From contig OX597815.1 in assembly GCA_951406725.2 (NCBI GenBank), forward strand, positions 113,708,001 to 113,772,000: a DNA stretch of 64,000 nucleotides, read 5' to 3'. Below are positions 13,452 to 26,341 of this stretch, one piece after another (positions within the stretch are counted from its first letter, which is position 1; every line of letters begins with the position of its first letter). The notes under the pieces are model-generated. The model was not told the origin of the DNA. It did no database searches and worked only from the letters and a program-made list of their open reading frames with translations. Source of the stretch: Octopus vulgaris. Its lineage: Eukaryota. The position numbers and the translations under genes are program-made.

Positions 13452-13602
13452 TACAAGGTTTGTTCAATAAGTATCCAGATTGTTGCCACATGCACATGTA
13501 CAACAGAGTTCAAGGTCAATTTGTGCAAAGTGGCCTTTACTCTGCGTGATTTAGCTTCATTGCTATGGCAACAGTCCGGATACTTATTGAGCTAACCTAC
13601 AT
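13452..13602. mobile_element. Mariner-type MITE
   Basis: TA-CAAGGTTTGTTCAATAAGTATCCAGATTGTTGCCA pairs with TGGCAACAGTCCGGATACTTATTGAGCTAACC; the interior is also palindromic. Confidence 0.7.
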
Positions 13603-14254
13603 GCTTAATTTAAGTCTACGGGTACCTTTCTGCCTTCTCCAAGTTCAATAGGGATTTTAACCTTATGTTACAAGCAATTATTTATAACTGGATTAGTATA
13701 TGAGTTACATTGTTTCTAGAATTATTGTAAAGTACTTGAATGCTTTACAGCAGTTCTTTTTTTAAAATTAATATCTGGGAATGACATTTAGATTTTGTTA
13801 AAATACCATAATTACATTTAGGTTAGTTAATTTAGAGTATAATTTAAAAGAAAGAAAAATAATATTTTGGGTATTTGTTTCACGTTTTGGTAATTTGTGA
13901 GAAAAAAAAAAAAAACCAAACAAATTTTTTTTCTAACAAGATCACCACAAATTTGACTATGTGATAAAATTCAAGAAAACTCCTACTTTGCTTCTACCCA
14001 TTTTAGTTAACTAACTGTATATTAACTTGAATGTGATGATGATAGTGGACTCTTCTTTGAGGATAATGTATGAATGTCCAGTTCTTAAATCAACTGATCT
14101 GGCTATTCACTGAATTATATCATCAACATACTTCACATGTAGAGTTAGTGTGGCACATTGACAAAGTTGAGCCTTTGGATTACAAGTACAATCCATCTGA
14201 TGGGATTTATTCAGTTTCACTGACTAGGCTTGTATCAGCTGGCATCTATAATAG

Positions 14255-14611
14255 TATAATAATAATAATGAAATTATTGTATACATTTCTCAGGTGCACC
14301 ACAACTTGTCAAAAGTGCATATAAAGCATATGCAGTAATGTCTGGAAAGTGAACAGTGTATGAGTCAGATACATGCATGCGTGTGTATGGAAGGGAGAAA
14401 ATCAGGTGTAGTGTTGGCGAATCTCAGGAAACATGGAAGTTTTGAAGGATGCAGTGCTCCGACAACTAACAACTGGTGCCAGCAGTTTGCTCCATGCTTC
14501 AACAACTTTTAGTGTGAAAAAATGTCTCAGAAAGTCATGGGAGCTGTGCTGCTTTCTGACTTTGTAAACATCTCCACGGGTGTTAGACAGGTGGAGTTTG
14601 AAAAGGTGCTC
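14255..14611 (-). mobile_element. CR1-clade LINE 3' end (ORF2 C-terminus, 3' UTR, (TTA)n)
   Basis: SNTRGDVYKV..RHFFTLKVVEAWSKL..VVSCRSTASFK matches the CR1 TRGH..FF..RVV..WN.LP..VV..FK motif; a family A head follows at about 14611-14712. Confidence 0.85.
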
Positions 14612-15304
14612 TATGGCGAAAGACACTTGCCCAAGATGCCACACATTGGGATTGAACCCCAAACCTCATGACTATGAAGCCAGTTTGTTAATCACTCAGG
14701 CATGCCTGTATCTATAAACTTTGAATAAAGAGGCAACAAACAGAGAAAAGAAATGTTATATAGATATATCTATATTTTTTTTTTTATCTAGGAACAGATT
14801 GGTAGAAAATAGGTATTGGTTTCTTACACTTCATTTCTATTATGAAAGTTATCTTGGGATTTTTCACATCATTAGTTTTGACTATAGTTCTCCATTTTAA
14901 TGTTTCTTCTGAAAGAATATCAAATTCTTTCATGGAGTTGAACTGCTATCTTCTGTCATTACACTTTTTTAGTACATAGTGATTTCACAGTCTGAAAATA
15001 TTTTTAGGTAAATGTAATTCAAGAATTGTAATGGTAAAGTGGTTAATGCAATAAGGTATTGGGCATATGGTTTGTGAGTTCAAATCCATTACTAGTAATT
15101 TATTATCTCAGAACAAGTCAATTATACATAGTTTAGTTCATCTAGACCTCATGGCTGGCTCTGGGAATATTTACTATGAAAGACTAGCATTCTACCTGAA
15201 AGTATTTGTTGGTAAGCAGTTTTAGGGTAATTTTCAAAAGAAGTGTTCATTTAATCCAATCAACTATTAATAATTGTCCAGTCATTAAGTATATATGAAG
15301 ATGA

Positions 15305-15353
<49 letters not shown>

Positions 15354-16631
15354 CATATCGGTAGAGATTCTCATTATCTCCAGATGTTGTCTTATGTATC
15401 TTTCTAACCTGATGAGTAGAATATCTTGATTAGGAGTAGTCATGTGGTCAGACTATTAAATAGCTTCAGGTTTAAACTAACCTCAACGCTGCTGTAATGA
15501 AGCTGATGCTAGTGAGTACAGGATATAGCATCTTAATAATACTCATTAATTTTTATTTCGGATATACCCTACTACCACTAATTGGTCCTTATGGTGTTAA
15601 ATGAGTTTGCTAAGTAACTCATAGGAAATGTAAACAACAAAAAGCATTTACTTGAAGTATGTTTTCATGAAAATTTCTCTTAGCTTTGTATGATATGGTT
15701 GATACTTTGATAGACACAACAACCAGTTGTTTTTTTTTTTTTGTTTGTTTTTTGTTGGTTTATTTTTTTTGCTCTGTAGCTATGATTTTATAGGATATTT
15801 TTCCAGTTTTTACTTTTATAAATCAGTTATATATAAATTTGAAGTGAATGGAAATTTGATAATACCTGCCACGAAGTATTCATTTAAGTCACAAAAATGG
15901 TATCAGTGGTTGTGGTTGTGTATAGCCTCAGTTAGCTCGAACAGAATGATGGCATATGCAAGTAGCTGATAAAATGCTGAGGAGCAACCTACACATTCAG
16001 TACCTCCTACATGTAACTATTAGTTAACTCTGCTTAAGCAGATCTATAAGATTCTGTAGTAGTTTTAAAGTAACTTGTCAGTCCACTACTTTAAACATAG
16101 ATCTGTAAGATGCTTGAAGTGTTGGTTTACATTTCAAGTTCATTTCTTCAGTGTTCTAGCCAAACCTTTATTCAAGCATACTGTCCAAAGATTTTAGGTT
16201 TTAGAGACATACTAGCTGTCTAACAATAGTAGTTAGTTGCTAGAAATGTGGCTGCTAAATAGAGTAGGTTAAGTGATTATATAGAAATAGTTTGCATGTG
16301 ATTTTATAGAGGTACTTGTAAGCAGAAGAGAGAAACAAATATTTTTTTGGCTATTGTTACTGTAAATGAAAGTTGTATATTAAATTATCACTGAAGATTT
16401 GCCACTTTGCTGTTACTTTGATTTCTCTTAATCACTTGGTGTAAAGCAGTCTATTGTTATAATCCTAAACATTGTTTGAGGAAACGGATAAAAACAGGAC
16501 TGAAATTTCCCAGCATGGAAATAGCTATTAATATGATATAAAGTTTTTCATTTATTGGATGAATTGGAATTTCTAATTTTAAATTTAACTCAAGGCAAGT
16601 TACTGAAAAATTGTTGGAGTTGTCCCCTTTG

Positions 16632-16973
16632 CATTTTATTCTTTTGCTTGTTTCAGTCATTTGACTGTGGCCGTGCTTGAAGGGTTTTAGTTGAACAAAT
16701 TGACCTCCAGGACTAATTTTTAAAAAAACCCTAATACTTATTCTATCGGTCTCATTTTGCCGAACCCCTAAGTTATGGAATGTAAACACAAACACCAGTT
16801 GTCAAGCAGTGATGGGACACACACACAGTTTCTCTCTATCAAATCCTCTCACAAGGCTTTGCTCAGCCTGAGGTTATCATAGAAGACACTTAAGGTGCTA
16901 TGCAGTGGGATTGAACCAGGAACCACGTGGTTGGAAAGCAAGCTTCTTACCACACAGCCATGCCTGTGCCTAT
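16632..16973 (-). mobile_element. Family A SINE
   Basis: Reverse complement of family A from tail to tRNA head. Confidence 0.8.
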
Positions 16974-17019
16974 GTGAATAAAAATAAAATGGAGCTAAAA
17001 AGTGTAATGTATTGAATCA

Positions 17020-17063
17020 ATTGATAGCAGTCTGAACTCCTCTGGGTTCAGACTGCTATCAAT
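17020..17063. repeat. Perfect 18-bp inverted repeat (hairpin)
   Basis: ATTGATAGCAGTCTGAAC-tcctctgg-GTTCAGACTGCTATCAAT. Confidence 0.9.
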
Positions 17064-17817
17064 CAGGAGACATCTGTGGAATTATTGATTTGTCCTATCT
17101 CATAAGTAGGGTACACAAAAATACAAATAAAATAATACTTCAAGTGAGAAAAATCAACTAAAGATTATAAATTTCAATTATCTTTTGATATGTTAATCAA
17201 CAAAGCCTACTATTGCATCTTGTGAATTGTTGGTAATATAGATGTTTGTAAACTGGTTGACCTTCCTAATGCTAATCTATCACATAAAATAGGAGTAAAA
17301 TGAGTCTTTAAGTGATTTTCATGAAGTCATGACAGGAATAAGAAGTAAAAACATTGACTGAAGGTGAATAACTAATTACTACTATATGACACTATATAGA
17401 CATGTCAAAGAGTCTATTTTGAATTGTAACCTATTAACATTTAGATTTGTTTTAATAAGCTATAAGAACTAAGATGTAGAATAGCTCATGAATCATGGGC
17501 TCAAATCCACAGCAAACATGCCATTAAAAGCAGTATGCTAAATTCTAGACATGTCAGTTCAACAGGCTGTCATCCTGAATATGTGAGAAACTGATTTCCA
17601 ATTGACAAATATTGTATCATAATTATTTATCAACCCTGTGAAAGGACTAACTTTTCAACCAAGGTAGCAAACATTTGTATCACAGTGTAGGAGAATCATA
17701 TGGTGCCACATTTTGCTTTTTCTCTTCTAATGCAAAGCCATCCAGCTAATTCCTATGGCTAAACATTTTAAGAGAAGTTGTGAAATAGAGCACTAGAATC
17801 AACTTTTGTTTTGCTTT

Positions 17818-18712
17818 CATCATCATCATCATCGTTTAAAGTCTGTTTTCCATGCTAGCATGGATTGGACGGTTCGACCGGGGTCTGGGAAGCCAGGAGG
17901 CTGCACCAAGCTCCAGTCTGATCTGGCAGTATTTCTACAGCTGGATGCCCTTCCTAACGCCAACCACTCCGTGAGTGTAGTGGGTGCTTTTTACGTGCCA
18001 CCGACACAGGTGCCAGAGGAGGCTAGCAATGGCCATGATTGTTTGGTGCTTTTTACGTGCCACCGGCACAGAAGCCAGTCAAGGCGGTGCTGGCATCGGC
18101 CATGTTCGGATGGGGCTTTTTACGTGCCACCAGCACAGATATCACAACTACAATTTCCATTTGATTTCTATTTTGATGTTGATGTATTTGACTCAATAGG
18201 TATCCTCAAGCACAGCAGGTCACGCTACGATCCAAAGTAAGCACAACAGGCCGTCCTGCGATCCAAGGTACTTTGGATGGGCTGGGGCTGCTATGCGAAG
18301 CTGGTGCAGGAAACAACCATGAACTCACGTTGTCAGGTCTACGCAGTCACAGCATATCTCCAGAGATCTCGGTCTTTCGTCATTGCCTCTGTGAGGCCCA
18401 ATGTTCGGAGGTCATGCTTGACCACCTCATCCCATGTCTTCCTGGGTCTACCTCTACCCCGGATTCCTTCAACTGTTTGGGAGTGGCACTTCTTCACACA
18501 TTTCTCCTCGCCCATCCGTAGTACATGACCATACCAGTGCAAGCGTCTCTCTTGCACGCCACATCCGATGCTTCTTATGTCCAGCATTTCTCTCAGGGTG
18601 CTTACACTCTGTCGTGTGTGCACACTGACATTACACATCCAGCGGATCACGCTAGCTTCATTTCTTTCAAGCCTACACATGTCTTCTGCAGTCACAGCCC
18701 ATGTTTCACTAC
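17818..18712 (-). mobile_element. 5'-truncated RTE-clade LINE: ORF C-terminus, long 3' UTR and (GAT)n tail
   Basis: HGSETWAV..RLERNE..IRWMCNV..RRLHWYGHVLRM..GRGRGRPRKTWDEVVK.D..DRDLWR is a classic RTE C-terminus, contiguous with the tandem-module tail. Confidence 0.9.
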
Positions 18713-18820
18713 CATGAAGCATGGCAGTAGTGAAACATGGGCTGTGACTGCAGAGGACATACGTAGGCTTGAAAGAAATTAAGCTAGCATGACCCGCTGG
18801 ATGTGTAATGTCAGTGTGCA
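18619..18820. repeat. Inverted duplication (about 94-bp arms) at the 5' end of the RTE copy
   Basis: 18619-18712 is the reverse complement of 18727-18820 with a few substitutions; 14-nt spacer. Confidence 0.9.
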
Positions 18821-20119
18821 TGGTTTTATAGTGTAGTTTTCCATGCATTTTGGCTTCAACATCTTAGAATGTTTTAGCACATACGTTTGTGTGTATACTC
18901 AGTATAAATCTCAATATTGAATGAGATAGACTATGACCGTAGTGCTCAATACATTACATATGTAGAATCACTATTTCTTTTATTGACTAGGTAATGCATG
19001 GAAATAGTATATGTATGTATGCATGCATAGATACACATGCATGTGTTCACATGTATGTATGTGTGTTGTGTGATACAATAGACTTGCCCATAGTCCTTAA
19101 TGTATGAGCATCCAGCTGCTGAATCATCTGGGCACTCAACTCATTGATTTAACATGTGTACAAAGTGACCAAGTTACTGATACCTGTACTTTTTATGTAA
19201 TTCTCAGATAGAATCAGCATGACACAGTGTGACAAGGCTGGACTTCTTTCTGAATTATAACTGCAACAGGCTTCTGTACAGTTTCTGTTTAATCAAATTC
19301 ACTCACAATGTTTGGATAAATCTGAGTCTATGCTAAAGACATTTGCCCTTGATGCCAGGTGGTAGGATCTCTGTGTATGTATATGAGCATTTTTTATTGT
19401 ATGTGTGTGCGTGCGTTTGTATGTATGTATAAACTACCATATACATATATACGAGAGAGAAAGAGAAAGAGACCGATATGACAGTTTCTTCATTGAAGAT
19501 AATGAGGAAGAGTGGCATGCTCTCTAGTCGTTATGTAAGCCAATCCTTGACACTTCAGGGCTTTTCTTCCTGTCTACACTTAATATTTTAAAGTGAGTCA
19601 GTTTGCTCAGTCTGAACCCACTCTTTAGGCTGTGGCTCAATAGGCTAAGACACCTGCAGCAACCACCAAATTGTAGGTTTTACATTGGAGTGGCCTTCTC
19701 CTAAGTGAATTACTTTACAGAGCTTAGAGAGCTCCACCTACTCTGGAATTGCTGGAAGAGTGTAAAAAAAGGGCACCAGATTGCCTAAGGGACTCTACTC
19801 CTTGATTTATTCTCAAGGTGGACTCCGTTTGCCTTTTACTTTACCAAGACACTCACAAGGCAGTACAGATTTGTATGTGGAGTTTTTGTCCCCATAAAAT
19901 GCTAATTAAACCCATTGTTGTGACCCTGACATGTGCTACTATAGGTCAGAGTAGACTTGGGAATAATTGTGACTAGGAGGTGGTTCCACACTCCTCAAAA
20001 CCCTGAAACTCTTGAGCCAGGGACGTGTGTGTGTGTGTGTGTGTAGAAGGATGTGTATAAATGTATATATGTTTGTATGCGTGCATGTACATATACATGT
20101 GTTTTGAGAAAGATCTGAA

Positions 20120-21180
20120 GAGAATTCTAGAATGTTGATATTCTAGGAAAGAAGAACTAAGCATGGGGTTTAGACACATCAAGGACAATGCGGAAGGAGA
20201 GCTGAGTGGAACAGATCTGTCTGAGTGAAGGTGGTATAAGCACAGCCTGTGGCATGGAGCAAAGGTTATTATAGTAACAATAGAAAAGGCAGAGTGGGAG
20301 AGGAAATTGCTTGCTTGTGGTCTGGAGCATGTTTGTAAGTGACTTAATGCTAATAAATAAGGTAACACTTTTCTAGTTATGGTCTAACATGTCTGTGTGT
20401 ACAGCAATAATATCATCCCAAATGTGAGAGCATGACTCCATTGCAGACCTCTGCTGAGTTTTGCAGAGTAACAATAATTGTTTGAAATTAAAGTATCTTT
20501 TAGCTCTTAAGAGAAGGGCCATTTATTGGGACACAATTCTAGCTATGTTAAGGATAGTATTTTTAAGACTCAACAAGTGGACCAAATTGATGGCACCAGC
20601 TTATTACTGTTCATAATTAAGTAGGATATGATGCAATGATGCTATTCTTATCAAGAATTTGCGTTTTTCTTGACATTGAAAGTGACAAGGCCAGTATATC
20701 TTTACAACAGGATTCTTTTGAGGTTGCTGTTCATAGTCAATATGGGTTCAACATGCGACATGTCAGTTGTGAGTGGATTGTGCATGGTTGGGTATGGTTA
20801 GGAAGGAATGAAGCATAGTGTCATCCACTTAAGAAGAGGTATTGTTGAATGTGGTGGCAAGCATGTCATTGATGTACAGAAGGAAAAGAGTTGGGTATAG
20901 AACTGAATCCTGGCACACACAGGACTTGATAGAATGAAGGACAGAAAAAGCTCTGTCACATAATGCAGTTATAGTGTAATGAGATAGAAAGCTACTGATC
21001 CAAGACATGAGAGATGGTTGGAGTTTTAAGTAAGAAGTTTTGATAAGAGATTCATTTACCAGATAGTCAGAAGTTTTGTTGATGACAAAGGCAGCATCAT
21101 TACTTTCACTAGATTCTTCCAAGGCAAGAGCCCACTGGTGGGTAACAGAGGAGAGGTGGATTGCTGTTGGTTTTAACAAT
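20120..21180 (-). pseudogene. Decayed Jockey/CR1-group LINE reverse transcriptase
   Basis: WISSFLS..SCVCQDSVLYPTLFLLYINDML..*VDDT, corresponding to GVPQGSVL.P.LF..YINDL..YADD. Confidence 0.75.
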
Positions 21181-21499
21181 GCGTATACAATTGTTTGATC
21201 ATCTGAATTATCTGCTCCTGAACTGAAGTGTAAGTGATTGATAATTACATGTAATACAGAAGCAGAGTCAGTATGACACAGTATGTAATATGGCTGTATG
21301 TTTTGAATTACAAGTACAATCCATACTACAGGTTTCTATCTAGGGGAAGGGGGTGATCCAACGCTATAGAAGATGTCATTTGCCCAAGATGTCACACAGT
21401 GAGATAGAACCTGGGACCCAGTGGTTGTGAAGTCAACTTTGTAAACATTTTACACTTATACATACGCGCGCACACACACACACACACACTCTGTTTCTT

Positions 21500-21660
21500 T
21501 CCAGTCTTCTATGAAAAACGTGTGGCCATGGGGAAGTATTACCTTGCTTGGAAACAGATGAGGGTTGATGGCTGGAAGGGCATTTGGATGTAGAAAATCT
21601 GCCTCATTGAAATCTACCTGACCCTGACAAGCATGGAAAAGTGAATGTTAAAATGATGAT
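21500..21660 (+). mobile_element. Short interspersed repeat with RTE-like tail
   Basis: GGAAACAGATGAGGGTTG..GGAAGGGCAT..GCATGGAAAAGTG..TTAAAATGATGAT; a related inverted copy lies at about 30020-30115. Confidence 0.55.
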
Positions 21661-22642
21661 ATGTATTTGTACATATACTTTCATAATGCATACATTCACT
21701 ATCGTTATTGTGTTTAAAAATTCACTCATTCAGTTTTGATTTCAGTCAAGTATTTTCTTCTCTCTGTGTAATGCTAATCCTGAACTCTAACCTAATGCCC
21801 TAAACTCTGACCATACGCCTGAACTCTTGAACTGAATGTTTTCTTGCTGGATTTGTTAGATTCTATGTTTAAAACATCTAATTTAGAAAAGAGAAGTTTT
21901 GAAGGAATGCCAAAAATGGAAAAGTCAGGGCTGGTAAAAGTTTTAAAAAATGGAATTTTTTTTCCAGCATCATAGAGAAATTTTCTCCCCAAAATAGAAA
22001 ATATAGTGGTGACGTGATAGTAATTTGTCTGGATATGTAGAGAGGAGTTACAAACCAAATCAAAAGGATGCCAAAATTGTAAGATTTGTGGATTTTGGAA
22101 AGTAGATGGTAGAGGTTCATTGTGTGGTTATAGTGGAGTTAGTAATAGAGGTGTGGGGGTTGAGTGAGTTGGAAGAGATGACTCCATATACAGTGGTGGA
22201 AACTTGTTTCTAATTGTGGCTAGTGAAACCCTTTAGTAACTTATAGAAGAGTGTTTTGTTGAGCTGGCTGAATGCCTTTCACCCGTAGTTGTTGATTCAC
22301 CAGATCATGATGTTGCTGCTCTTGTTGGCCTGTTTGTTGATAATATTTTCTTTGCAGAACTTCTGGAGAGCATTGAATTCTGTTAGGGAAAGGTTCAATC
22401 TTCTGTATCATTTGATGTGGTTAAAGACATTCAAACCTCAACAGTATTTACTTATAAATAATTGACTGTGTAGTAAAGCCTGGGTTTGATATTTAGTAGA
22501 GGGTGAAGTGTGTGCATCTTTTGAAGTTGGCGAAATCATCCTCACTCAGGGTTTCTGAACTTAGAGAAAAATACCTTAATTTGGGGGTTGATGGATAAAC
22601 ACTATCAGTGTGTGTATCAAACTTGCCTAACTTCTTTTGGAG

Positions 22643-23040
22643 AGGAGTGGCTGAGTGGTAAGTAGCTATAGGCGCAGGAGTGGTTGTGTGGTAGGTAGCT
22701 TGCTTACCAATCACATGGTTACGGGTTCAGTCCTACTGTGTGGCACCTTGGGCAAGTGTCTTCTACTATAGCCTCAGGCCAACTGAATCCTTGTGAGTGG
22801 ATTTGGTAGATGGAAACTGAAAGAAGCCCATCATATATATGTATGTGTGTGTGTGTGTTTGTCCCCCAATATCACTTGACTACTGATGCTGGTGTATTTA
22901 CCTCCCCTTAACTTAACGGTTCGGCAAAAGAGACCAATAGAATAAGGCTTACAAAGAATAAGTACTGGGGTCGATTTGCTCGGCTAAAGGCGATGCTCCA
23001 GCATGGCTGCAGTCAAATGACTGAAACAAGTAAAAGAATA
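22643..23040 (+). mobile_element. Best-preserved family A SINE (tRNA head, CORE-like segment, microsatellite, tail)
   Basis: GGCGCAGGAGTGG..GTGGTA (A box), GGTTCAGTCC (B box), CCTTGGGCAAGTG, and tail CAGTCAAATGACTGAAACAAGTAAAAG; short duplicated head at 22643-22668. Confidence 0.85.
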
Positions 23041-24429
23041 AAAAAATAAAAGAATAGTGTCCAAGAGGAGTAGATATTTAAGAATTGTGAATGTGGCAGA
23101 TAATGTCATGAGTAATGGGAAAGTAGGTTGATACTGGTGGAGTAGTAGGCAGAGTTCACAATTCTTATAGTTGTCAAGAGTGCTGTTGAGGTGCTACTAT
23201 ACCATTTTCCAAATTCCTCAGTCTTTGTTGACTTTGTAGTGTCGATTAAAATTTTGAATCCCAAAGTAAAAGAAAAAAATACAAGACTTGATGGGTACCT
23301 TTTGTCATTTATGAACCCCACACTCTGACTTGTCCAACAATCTGTACAGCCTCCACTTACAAATAACCAAGAATTTTAAAAAAGAGATGCAACACCTGTC
23401 TACATCAAAAACACTAAAACTGTTACTGGTCTAAGTTACAGAACCCACATTGCACAAAACTTCTGCTTTGATTCCATCTGTGTCAACTAATGCTTCACTT
23501 GCAAACTTTACGGTACTGTCTATATTGGTGAAACTAGCTATCACCTTGCTCATTGCTGTTGCCAACACATTCATAGTATTCTACCATTTTATTGTTGGCC
23601 AGTTCATCACTATTCACTTCAATGAAAGGGCCACTCCATTAACCATTTACCTGTGTCTAACATCATTGCACACTATGGGTCTGCATACTCAAAGAAGCAT
23701 AATAAATGTATCGTATTCATAATGCTGCTGGGTTTAAATGAATGTTTCTCCTAATCCATCAAACATTAAAATACTAATTCCTGTTTTGTCCTTCAGCTCT
23801 TCTCTTGCTCTGAGTTTTCTTCCATCTCACCCTCACTTAGCTTATCTTCCTTTTGTTGTATTTCTCTCCCCCTTCTTTTCTTTTCTTCTCCTTCCCTCAA
23901 TACATTTCTTTCTCCCACTACTTGTTGTCCATGCATGCACTTTTAAATCGTTTTGCTTTTCCTATCCCTTGTTACCAGTTGCTCTGATAATACAGAAATC
24001 TTTACATAATCTCTGATAGAAATGATGTTAAAACTTCTGTATTTTTTTCTTTCTTTTTATCTTGACCATGGAAAAGGACTCTGTCTGAAACACTGGAAAC
24101 CCCACTCCCCTGTGACATATTAACTTATTTTGCTGGTGCAGACCATCACCTGTCTCCTTGGACTCTGTTTTGTGTGTGTGTGTGTGTGTGAATATGTAAT
24201 AAATAAATTTGTATTCAAATCTATAATAAACCTGCATTTTAGCCTTGCTTGGGAATGCACCTTATGATTAAACCACAAGTCTCAATCTTAAGAACATCCG
24301 AAAAACACAACCTAAGTAATTTTGCTTGTCATATGAAAGCTTACAAAGAGAGAGGGGAAAAGCATTTCACAGCTAGTTACATTACAACACTGTGTTAAAC
24401 TGTTTGGCACTGTTAGTTTTGACATGCTG

Positions 24430-25400
24430 GCTGGCAACAGGTTAAACTATCTGTTAAATTTCGTGGCCCTGGCCTTCATTCCATTGTGAACCTAGCTCTG
24501 CTGGCCCATTTTTCTTCAATCTCCTCCAGCAGTAAACCTTGGCAAGATACTCTGCAGGATGATTGAACCCATTGTGGTCCAGGAACTGGAGTCAGTTCTG
24601 GCTGAAGGACCATTGAAGACCTTGCCATCTCCCTGGAATAAATGTCCATTATAACTGGGACAGTATCAAATTCAAGTCTACCTTCAGGCAGATTGAGACA
24701 TCCTTGGACCAGCACTGTCTCACTTACCTCTTTTTTGCTTTGCAGCCAAACAGTAGTGTGTGGCTCAGTACAGTGCCTTCCTCATCAACCATAACTGTTC
24801 TTGATGATGAATACACTTGGAGTGGTCCAGTGCCTTGGTCTCCATGTGTATGAGTCACACAAATGCCATTGTGGAGTTGTAGTTGATGAATTTTGCCTGC
24901 ATCCATTATCCTACAGCCATAGCATGGGTCAGTTCTCCTGACATGCCACTCTGAATGACATAATTAGAAGCATCAATGTAGCTGGCATCCCATCACAACT
25001 GAATCCAGTAGGTCTTGACCATGGTGGTTGTATGTGCCCTGACAGAATAACCCACTTCCCATACTAAGGAGGCAAATCCTTAGTCTGGGATGTGACATAC
25101 TGCATCATATTCTCCAGCTCCAGACTTGCTGTATCAGCCACAAACCTGGGTATCACTGCCCATAACGCAGAGAAGAGGAAGATGAACAAAAACAGTAACC
25201 TAACAAGCTGCTACGTATTTGTGCCAGTCACTGTCGAGACTTCAGATGTTCTTAGACCTTGCACCACTGATTTCCTTTTTAAAATATGGATAACTGTAGC
25301 CTGTCTGAGATATGAACTCTGCGAGGTAGAGTGGTTGTTGCAGTGATTGTCACTAGCCAATCTCCACAACACCACCTTTGCAATTATGTCAACAAGCTGT
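24430..25400 (+). pseudogene. Decayed CRE-clade non-LTR retrotransposon (Zn knuckle and restriction-like endonuclease)
   Basis: CHCGVVVD..HPLS..HATLNDII..AGIPS..PD.IT.FPY*GGKSLVWDVT..AEKRKMNK..YVFVPVTVET..WLLQ*LS matches the CRE RLE C-terminus. Confidence 0.8.
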
Positions 25401-25980
25401 GGCTGAACATGCCATTTGGCCTGGGATGTACAATTTGCTACCCCATGTCTCATCCATCTTTTGCTGCTTAATTCCAAGCTTAAAAATTTTCTTGGTGTGG
25501 TAGTTTGGCTTTTTTTTCTCTTTATAATTTAATCTTTTACACTTTTAATGTTTTTTTTTCTTTCTTTTTTTCCTGTGAAAATATGTTAATAAATCGTAAT
25601 ATTTTAGAAAGACAAAAAAGTTACAAAAAAAAAAATGCAATTGATATTGAATACTGGACACATATATTCCAAACATGCTTTATCAATACTACTTTATAAT
25701 GGCACCATTGAATATAGGCTTATACCAATGAGCATAAGTAGTGTCTGTTATCCATTGTATTTTTTATAAGCCAGTTTCCTACACCCACTTCTGTAGATCA
25801 GTGAAATATACACATGGAAACAGATAAGATTAGTCAAGTTGTACTTAAGTCGGTTCTGTATAGCAAGACTAAATATAGATATATTTACATGCATACATTT
25901 AATAAGTATATTAACATGTCTCTACACTTTGGTTAATTAAAACACATATCATGCATACACACACACAATCCCCTCCGCTG

Positions 25981-26015
<35 letters not shown>

Positions 26016-26024
26016 ATGTGCTTT

Positions 26025-26282
26025 GGTACGTAAAAAGCACCATTTGAGTGTGGCCGTTGCCAGTACCACCTGACTGGCCCTCATGCCGGTGTCATGTAAA
26101 AGCACCCTCTACACTCTCGGAGTGGTTGGCATTAGGAAGGGCATCCAGCTGTAGAGACTCTGCCAGATCAGATTGGAACCTGGTGCAGCCATCTGGTTTG
26201 CCAGACCTCAGTCAAATCGTCCAACCCATGCTAGCAGCTAGCATGGAAAGCGGATGTTAAACGATGATGATGATGATGATGA

Positions 26283-26283
<1 letters not shown>
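26025..26283 (+). mobile_element. RTE 3' tail copy with (GAT)n
   Basis: AAAAGCAC modules, GGTTGGCATTAGGAAGGGCATCCAGCTG and GTTAAACGATGATGAT. Confidence 0.8.

Positions 26284-26341
<58 letters not shown>

Noticed and set aside
22670-22745. tRNA gene
   Set aside because: A/B boxes are present but they form the head of a multi-copy SINE, with no complete cloverleaf or terminator.
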